53,773 bases of DNA from Dirinaria sp. TL-2023a. Lineage: Eukaryota. The translations under genes were made by a program, and so were the position numbers. Positions 46,876-53,773 of the stretch are shown piece after piece. Below the pieces are notes generated by a model that worked only from the letters and a program-made list of their open reading frames with translations, ran no database searches and was not told the origin of the DNA. The stretch covers positions 1 through 53,773 of the forward strand of contig JAVEBF010000017.1 of NCBI GenBank assembly GCA_051941275.1, given 5' to 3'. Position 1 is the stretch's first letter; every line of letters begins with the position of its first letter.

Positions 46876-47421
46876 AGTTTCGCTCTGCGCAGTTTTAGCT
46901 TAGCCAGGAGCATTCTTTGTATAGCAAGATTGCAAATTTGAAAGGACTTTCAAGACTTCGGACGCTGCGCATCCACTATTCCCGTATGAAGATCACACCC
47001 CAGGTGGCACTCGCTGCGGGGGCCATCTAGGAGCCTGCAATTCGCAACAACCCACGGTAGTCGTTCGGAAAGTTGTATACAGGTTTCGATTCTTGAAGCA
47101 GCTTACATCTGCCGGCGTTCTTATCGCTAGTTCGAATTGTTCAAGCTCTAGACGTAGTCTCCAACGGCCATTACTGCTATCATTGCTGGAGTAAGCGCGC
47201 AGTGACTGCTCTGATGAATGCTCTTATTAAAAATGGAATGCTACAACACTAATTAGACGCTCACGCGCTGAAGAGAAGAGTCAAAGGACTATGATATCAA
47301 GGCCGTAATAATGTGTTTCCTACTCGAGAAGAAGACAGGCATAGCTGTAGCAAAATCAACGAGGGTGCTGATTAAAATATCAGAAGGAACGTAGATCGCT
47401 ACCCAAAGGAGTTCTGAACTC

Positions 47422-50320
47422 TTAGTAATAGATCTTCTCCTCATATATGGGAGGCCGTCCCGACTCTTGGTCCCAGATCAGCTTGTTCTTTTCGTTGAAA
47501 TGAGCTCCCTCATCTGTCATCGGAATGATCTTGCTACTGTGTTTGCACTCTTGCCTACTGACACCCATCTCATCTCTAGGGATCCAGAGTACAGGGGTCT
47601 GCGAAGAGATTGCTGGGTGATAGTAGGCATCACGCTCGGTGATTGGGTCATACACGATGTCAGCGAAACCCCGAGGGACAAGACGGCGAAGCGTGTGGTA
47701 ATCCGTGTACTTGTGAGGAAAGAGCCACTTGGTGAAAAAATTCGGCTTCTTCTGCGGTGGAGCTGGCAAGTCCCTTCCGTTGCTCGTTTCGCTGTTGCTT
47801 GTAACAGTTTGCTGTGCAGCGACGTGAGTTCCCTTTTCATTCGCCAGGTGGGCACTATCAGGATTGCCATCTTCGAGAGCAAGCAGTGATTCCTCTTCGA
47901 CCTCCATAGATTTGGGTAGGTACTTGAGCAGGGGGTCGATGGCGGAATTCAGGGAAATGTGGAATAGTGCAATAAAGATAAGGAAAACAACTGTCAATAC
48001 CAAAGGCCCAATTGCTGTCTTGATACCGAAGAGTCCTATAAGACAGATCAAAGACAGATAGATCCCGGTCGTGGTTTGCTGCAGAGCGCGAGGGTACACG
48101 AGACCCTTAGTATCGATGTCGCAGTTAAAAACAAACAAGAGATTGTACCGGTACGCCAGATAGATCAGGTACATGCCAATGGTAGCGAAGCCGAGGACCA
48201 GTGGCGCAATAATTGAATATGTGATAGCTACGCACACATTAGCCATGTCATTAATGATATGTGGATGCTGGGTATACCGCACCTATGACGACCAAGTTTG
48301 TATAGACGGGAAACACTGTTCCCCATCCCAATCCAGAAAGAGAGCTCCACCTTTTGTAAATCTTGCGGGGGGTTGTGTCTAAAAATTTACCAAGAACTAG
48401 GAACAAGATAACCCCAACGATTTGTAGTACAGCTTTAGAACTGATCGTCAGCCCCTGGAGGATAAAGTAGGAAATGTAGAAGTTCGAAGCTTTCGGCAGG
48501 TCTCGAGCGAGTAATGAGGTGACGCTGCTGGGATCGTGGTAGATTTGTGCTCCTGATGCGGCAGCCGAAGAGGAAGCGGTAGTGACAAGGAATACCTGAA
48601 TGACTTGAAAAAAGAAGTAAGAATTCTGCACCCGTAGTTCAACTGAAGGTGTCGATGGGCATCCTCCCCATTTGGCCATAAGCCGCAGGACAATCGGTAG
48701 CAGCGCCATCAAGACAGCAAGCAAAATGGACGGCAAGAGACCTTGAATGATGCCAAGGAGGAAGGATGGAATCTTGTTGATCCAGCTTAGCCACGGTGCC
48801 ACTGAAATCAGACTTGAGATATTCGATACGGCTCCCACAAAAGCGACGGGAATGGCCCAGAAGACAATGAGCGCGGTCACAAATGCGATGGTCAAGATAT
48901 TTCGGACAACGCGCGAGCTCCATGTCATCTTTAGATTTTTCCAAATAACTTCTTCAGGGCTGATGCCGATATAGCGCGGCGTCATATGCAGGGGCTGGTG
49001 GTGACTGAGGCTTTGGAACGCCGATTGGGCTTCAGACTGAGAGTAGAACTCGATAAAGACCGATGGGATGAATGTACCTTCACCAGCGCGATGCTTGGCT
49101 TGCAAGCTTTCGACTTTAGGGATCAGGCGCTCGAGCTCTGATCTGCACCAGTTAATGGTATCGACCTTCTTTCCAATGATTGGCTTCAAACGGTGTGTTG
49201 GCCTTTGCTTAGTCTGAATGAAGCGAGCGGCCACGGAACCTGACTCTCCATTCTCATCCCCGTCGGCGGTCTCTCGCAGATTTTCTGAGGCATTGGAGGT
49301 ACCCTTTTTTGCCGCTTTCAGACGGGCTGCGTTGGCAAGCTTTACCAATTTCGCTTCCGCTCCTTCGAGTTTCATAGCAACCTTATCGCGCTCTTGGACC
49401 ACTTCTTCCATTTCTTTACAGTCGTTTGCGATCCAGATGTTCTTGACCTTATTGCCATACATTCGGCGCAACTTCGCCTCATTGAGATATTCGTCCGGGA
49501 CTGACGTGAAAAGAACGGTACGGGACGACATGCGATTAGCGTATAAGGGCGAAAGAAGATAGGCCTGACGCAGGTTGATGTAGTAGATGCTTTCGCGCGT
49601 GACCATGTACATAACAAAACCTGTGTAGGCGATAAGCGTGGGCTCATAAGCTTCAGGTAAAACGTCTATCATCAGATGCTCATGAAAGTGCGGTGCTACA
49701 ACGCGCGCCTTCATAAAGCGTGAGGGCTGGGGCTGACTCACTGCTGAAAATCCACGCGATGAAGGTGTGGGCATAGTAACGGTTCTTGTCCGTGACATTG
49801 CTGAAGCTGAGCAGATTCAGCTGTTTTTGTCCACCGCCGCTAGTGGCAGTGACGGAGAACAGCACAGGCCAAGTAATGAAGCAGCCAATGAAGCAGATCG
49901 CTGAGGCAATCTTGAGATAGCGAAGAAGGAGAAAGCCATCAAGAGATTGGTGATTCAGCACATAAGTATCTGAGATTTTGTTGAATTCGGAGATCCAATT
50001 GAACAGCCCATTCGGCAGTTCCGGCGAGCGCTCCCTTAAAAGTCGAGTGTTAGGTTTCACACCATTCCAACTGGATATGCTCAAGGAAAGGGAACTTACT
50101 GCGGGCGGAGAGTGCCCAAGAAGGTGCGAGGGGCATAATTACGGTGCAGAAGGCGACGAAGAACGAGGAAGAGCGAGACAGTGACGACGGCGACGACAAG
50201 GACAGGCACCAAAGTGGATATAAGTTGGGACAAGGAGGGAGAATTGTCCTCGCTGTTTGTTGATGAGCCCTGAGATTGGCGAGCGACAAGCAGAGGGAGG
50301 CGGTGCGACGGATCGCCCAT
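47422..50320 (-). CDS. OSCA/TMEM63/CSC1 (DUF221, Rsn1/Phm7-like) channel (4 exons)
   Basis: YAPRTFLG, SLDGFLLLRYLK, SSRTVLFTSVP, VFWAIPVAFVG, LPKASNFYISY, YSIIAPLVLGF, YRYNLLFV and VLWIPRDEMGVS. Confidence 0.93.
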
Positions 50321-52376
50321 GGCGACAATCCCTGCTACTTGAAGGATCGAGCTCCACGGAGGTCCGTATTCTGGAGCGTGCAATCCAACTCAACTCTAGG
50401 ACAGCTGTGTGGGTGGAGTGTTATTTAGTAAGAAGAATAAAGTCTTGAGGACAGCGACAACAGTAATGTTAATGTGACTTGGCTGCTTCGCGCCTGCCCT
50501 GGTTCATGAGAGAGTAAGTAGGGTGGGTAAAGGTAAGTAGAGCAAGATCGGGATGAAATTGGGGAACGACGATCTGCCGAGAGACTAGAAGGGAGGAATT
50601 TCCTGGTCGCAGCAATCAGAATGCGTCTAGCACGGCACTGACGGCAGCAGGAAATTGCGATTGCTGTTCTCGTCCGAGCGTCTTCTCGATGCGGATGCTT
50701 TGCTTTGTTTATTGTACGTCCTAGACACTAAGGTGATGATGATGAGGATCGAGAGACGTTCAATGGAATCAATCATAACAGGAGAGTGCTCTTCCCACTC
50801 TTTATACTGTACTCCTTTTATCGCCGTCTACACTTGCCCCATCGCTTCAAGGTACACCCGCCCCGCAAGCCCCGCGCATGCACCTACGGAGTGCTAACCT
50901 GAGGTGGGTTGAAATAATATGTGCCTAACTACCTTGAGCTCCAAAGGTATCGAAACTTTCCCAGTTGCCTCGCACCGCCACAGGCCCGAGGGGCCATCTG
51001 CAGCTTTTTACATTCGATGATATGCCAAGTGTGGCGAGAATAGCCTCTCGTGCGCTGGAACAAGCTTTGGTTGCTACATGAATCCTTGCTTGTGAAGGAG
51101 TCCTTATCGGCCCTTTTATTTGCGCTAAGACTCTTCAACCACATGCTGCAAATGCTACTCCAGCGAAACCCCCACCGGTGACAAACCCGCTGACCCGGTT
51201 CGCACAGTGGTCTGCATAATGTAGACTGCATTCCACCACAATTACTGGTCGTACATACATGGCACAAGCCACGGCAATCATGACATACAAGTTGCTGCTC
51301 ATGCTCTCGCCCCTTTCCAACGCTAAATACTAAAACGCTTCAACAGATCATTCAGCTGCTTCTGTCTCCAAACTGCATCATTCCCTGATTTTGCCACGTC
51401 CACGACAGACACTATAAAATGATTCAGTTTGAACTGGTCTGAACTCAGCCACAGCGACGCAGGTTCCTACGTGCTTCTTGACCCAAAGCAGTAGAAGCTG
51501 TGTATCTGGTGAAGGCAGCTCGATTACCATGCGACCATTCCTTAACAAGCCAGCAGCCTGTGATCCACTCGGAACCTAAGAGTCCCTTGTCCGCGAATGA
51601 GGATTCAGTTCTTGGATCATAGACCTCGAGACCACGTTAGCAAAGTAGAGATTACGAGAATCGCAAGGGTCTATCTACTCTGGTACCGCCCTTCACCCCC
51701 TACTACCATGGTGAGTAGTCCACTCTCTCCAGCATTAAAAATGACTCTTTGTGGTCGATTTGGGGCTTTGGATTGGAGTATTGGCCTGGAGATTCCACTG
51801 CAAAGTCAATACTCTAATGGCGATGTCGAAGGAAGCTACGTTCTAATCACCGTTTCCTGTGCGTCTGCTGATACTCATCTTTCAACATCGTCGCACTCAG
51901 AATCCAAAGGACTTTTGTTGACTTCGAGAAGCTCGCTATCGTGGCTTTGCAGTACTCCCAGGGGTCATTTCTAGAGTTTTGCTTTTGCACAACTCATGTC
52001 TAGGCCACTCTGATATTATCGTAGGCGAGCATTAAAGAGTCAATACCTTAGGGTAATCAAATAAGCTGCTACGGGTAATTAATTGGATGGATGGAATTCA
52101 GTCAACATTTTGTTGACACACAAGAACGCAAGCTTTCTGCGGCCATCCAGGATCACACTTGTGGATTGCGCGGCGTTACATACAATTGCCATATCAAAGA
52201 CACAAAATATTGACCCGCAGGGTTGGAAATGTCTCCATCTCAGTATCATGACATCATCATGATGTTAACGTAACCCAAAATTCCGACGTCATTGAGGCGA
52301 ACAACGTTAATATTTTAAGCATGATTACAGTAATATACTTAGGTCTGAACTGACGACTCCAGATATCTTATTCAAT

Positions 52377-53604
52377 ATGGCACATTTAATCACCGGCAAC
52401 AAATTTGATCCAGATAAGGATATCCCAGATCTGGATGGCCGAGTATGAGGCATCGTTCACCCGACGGCATAGACACAATAATTCGGGCAACTGCTGACTC
52501 GTATATTGATACAGGTCTATGTTGTGACGGGTGGTACAGCGGGTATAGGTTTCGGTATCACAGCGCATTTATTGCAGCATAATGCGGCCAGAGTCATCGT
52601 GCTTTCGCAAAAGGAAGAACATGCGGACGAATCTAAGGAGGAGTTAAAGAAATATGGCGACGAGAGTCGAATTGAGTGGATTCAGCTCGATCTAAAGGAC
52701 TTGAAGCAAACAGACAAAGTTGCTAAACGTCTGACGAATGAGCGGCAGATAGATGCTGTGGGTCATCTCCCCTACAATGATCTATCGAGAAGCTAGATAT
52801 TTCACAGCTCATCTGTAATGCTGGAGAAGGAGTCGGCAAATATAATGAAACCGTCGACGGTATAGGTAAAAATCCCGATCAACGTTGACTGCTTGGTGAA
52901 CTCCAATTAATGGTCAATGCTACATGGCAGACTCGCATTTCCAGGTGAATCATCTTTCTCAGTTCCACCTCTTGCGCATTCTGTTTCCGGTCTTACAATG
53001 TACGTCCGCATCACGCTTGGTTTTGATGTCTTCGGATCTACATCGAGCATGCCCTTCCGAAACCACCTTTACATCACTTGACGAGATCAACACGGATTTG
53101 GGTCCTGCCAACCTGTACAACCGTACCAAATTAGCCCAAGTTCTCACGGTCCGTACACTCGCGCGTCGCATGGAAAACAATGAGCCAGGCTTTCAGACCA
53201 ATAAACAGATGGGGCCTTGGATTAACGCAACCCATCCCGGAGGCGTAAGTACGGATCAGCAGGATCAAGCCATTGACGCCTACGGCAGCTTGGGAAAATT
53301 AGGCGTCAAAGCTGTCCGGCCTTTGCTGAGTGACCCGGTCAGCAAAGGTTGTCGTTCCGGCCTCTTCGCTGCAACGAGTGATGATATCACCAAAGGAGGG
53401 ATCCAAGGGCAATACGTAAATTTACCCTTTTCGTAAAGCTAGAACTCCAATCCTGACACTAGGATCCAGATCGTCCCTGATCGGAAGGTCACAGAGCCTT
53501 CGAAGAAGGCAATGGATGTGGAGTTGGGAGAGAATTTATGGCGCCTAAGCGAGCAGCTTTTGGTCGAAAAACTCGGAACTTTGCCCTACGTTCACAGCGT
53601 GTAG
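52377..53604 (+). CDS. Short-chain dehydrogenase/reductase, retinol-DH/WWOX-like (5 exons)
   Basis: DIPDLDGR|VYVVTGGTAGIG, LICNAG, FQVNHLSQF, catalytic YNRTK and THPGGVST; ends LWRLSE...HSV*. Confidence 0.92.
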
Positions 53605-53773
53605 GCAATAGATAACGATGACAACAGCCACGCCGTTGTCGAGCACTCGGCTATTGCCAAGAGTGAAACACTATACGATTTTTTGTGTGTATCTCAGACC
53701 GATCTTCATGTAGGCGAAGAGTATCATAGGGGGCGGAGTAGTGTTTTCGAAACAATGTTCTAGATTGTAGTCT

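Noticed and set aside
49622..49740. TGATGA...CTGA in OSCA intron 2
   Set aside because: The boxes are only ~20 nt apart, too short for a C/D snoRNA, and no rRNA guide was recognised.
50400..52370. 2-kb intergenic region with Cys-rich short ORFs
   Set aside because: No recognisable domain, TIRs or TSD; treated as the OSCA/SDR divergent promoter and UTRs.
1..53773. tRNA, rRNA, CRISPR or prokaryotic operon features
   Set aside because: None recognised; the sequence is a spliceosomal-intron-rich fungal chromosome.

Overview
This is eukaryotic DNA: a gene-dense chromosome segment of a filamentous ascomycete (Pezizomycotina; short ~45-65 nt GT-AG introns with CTAAC/CTGAC branch points; the class cannot be fixed from sequence alone). 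I can reconstruct about 24 intron-containing or intronless protein genes, mostly housekeeping: HIBADH, Bqt4-like APSES, Rho-GDI, Ppg1, EF-hand external NADH dehydrogenase, Urb1, DUF92, beta-lactamase-family esterase, NDUFS4, Atp17, Rex4, CFA synthase-like, Urk1, Gid8, UCH, Pex12, RING-TRAF, Syn8, DUF4385, RNase H2C, MRJP/yellow, OSCA and an SDR. Two of these (Atp17 and a ~110-aa mitochondrial-type protein) are missing from the ORF track. The non-coding layer is the more interesting part. (i) Three unusually long (~215 nt) introns each carry a box C/D snoRNA-like element with rRNA-complementary guides; two are in consecutive introns of GID8. (ii) Two diverged ~550-bp non-autonomous DNA transposons have long TIRs, GGG ends and perfect 8-bp TSDs, and are probably MULE-derived. 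(iii) A GGTAAGGTA/TACCTTACC motif is densely repeated almost only in gene-upstream intergenic DNA. (iv) There are decayed F-box-like and BTB-like pseudogenes. No secondary-metabolite cluster, tRNA, rRNA or CRISPR was seen. All family assignments are by motif recognition, not database search.
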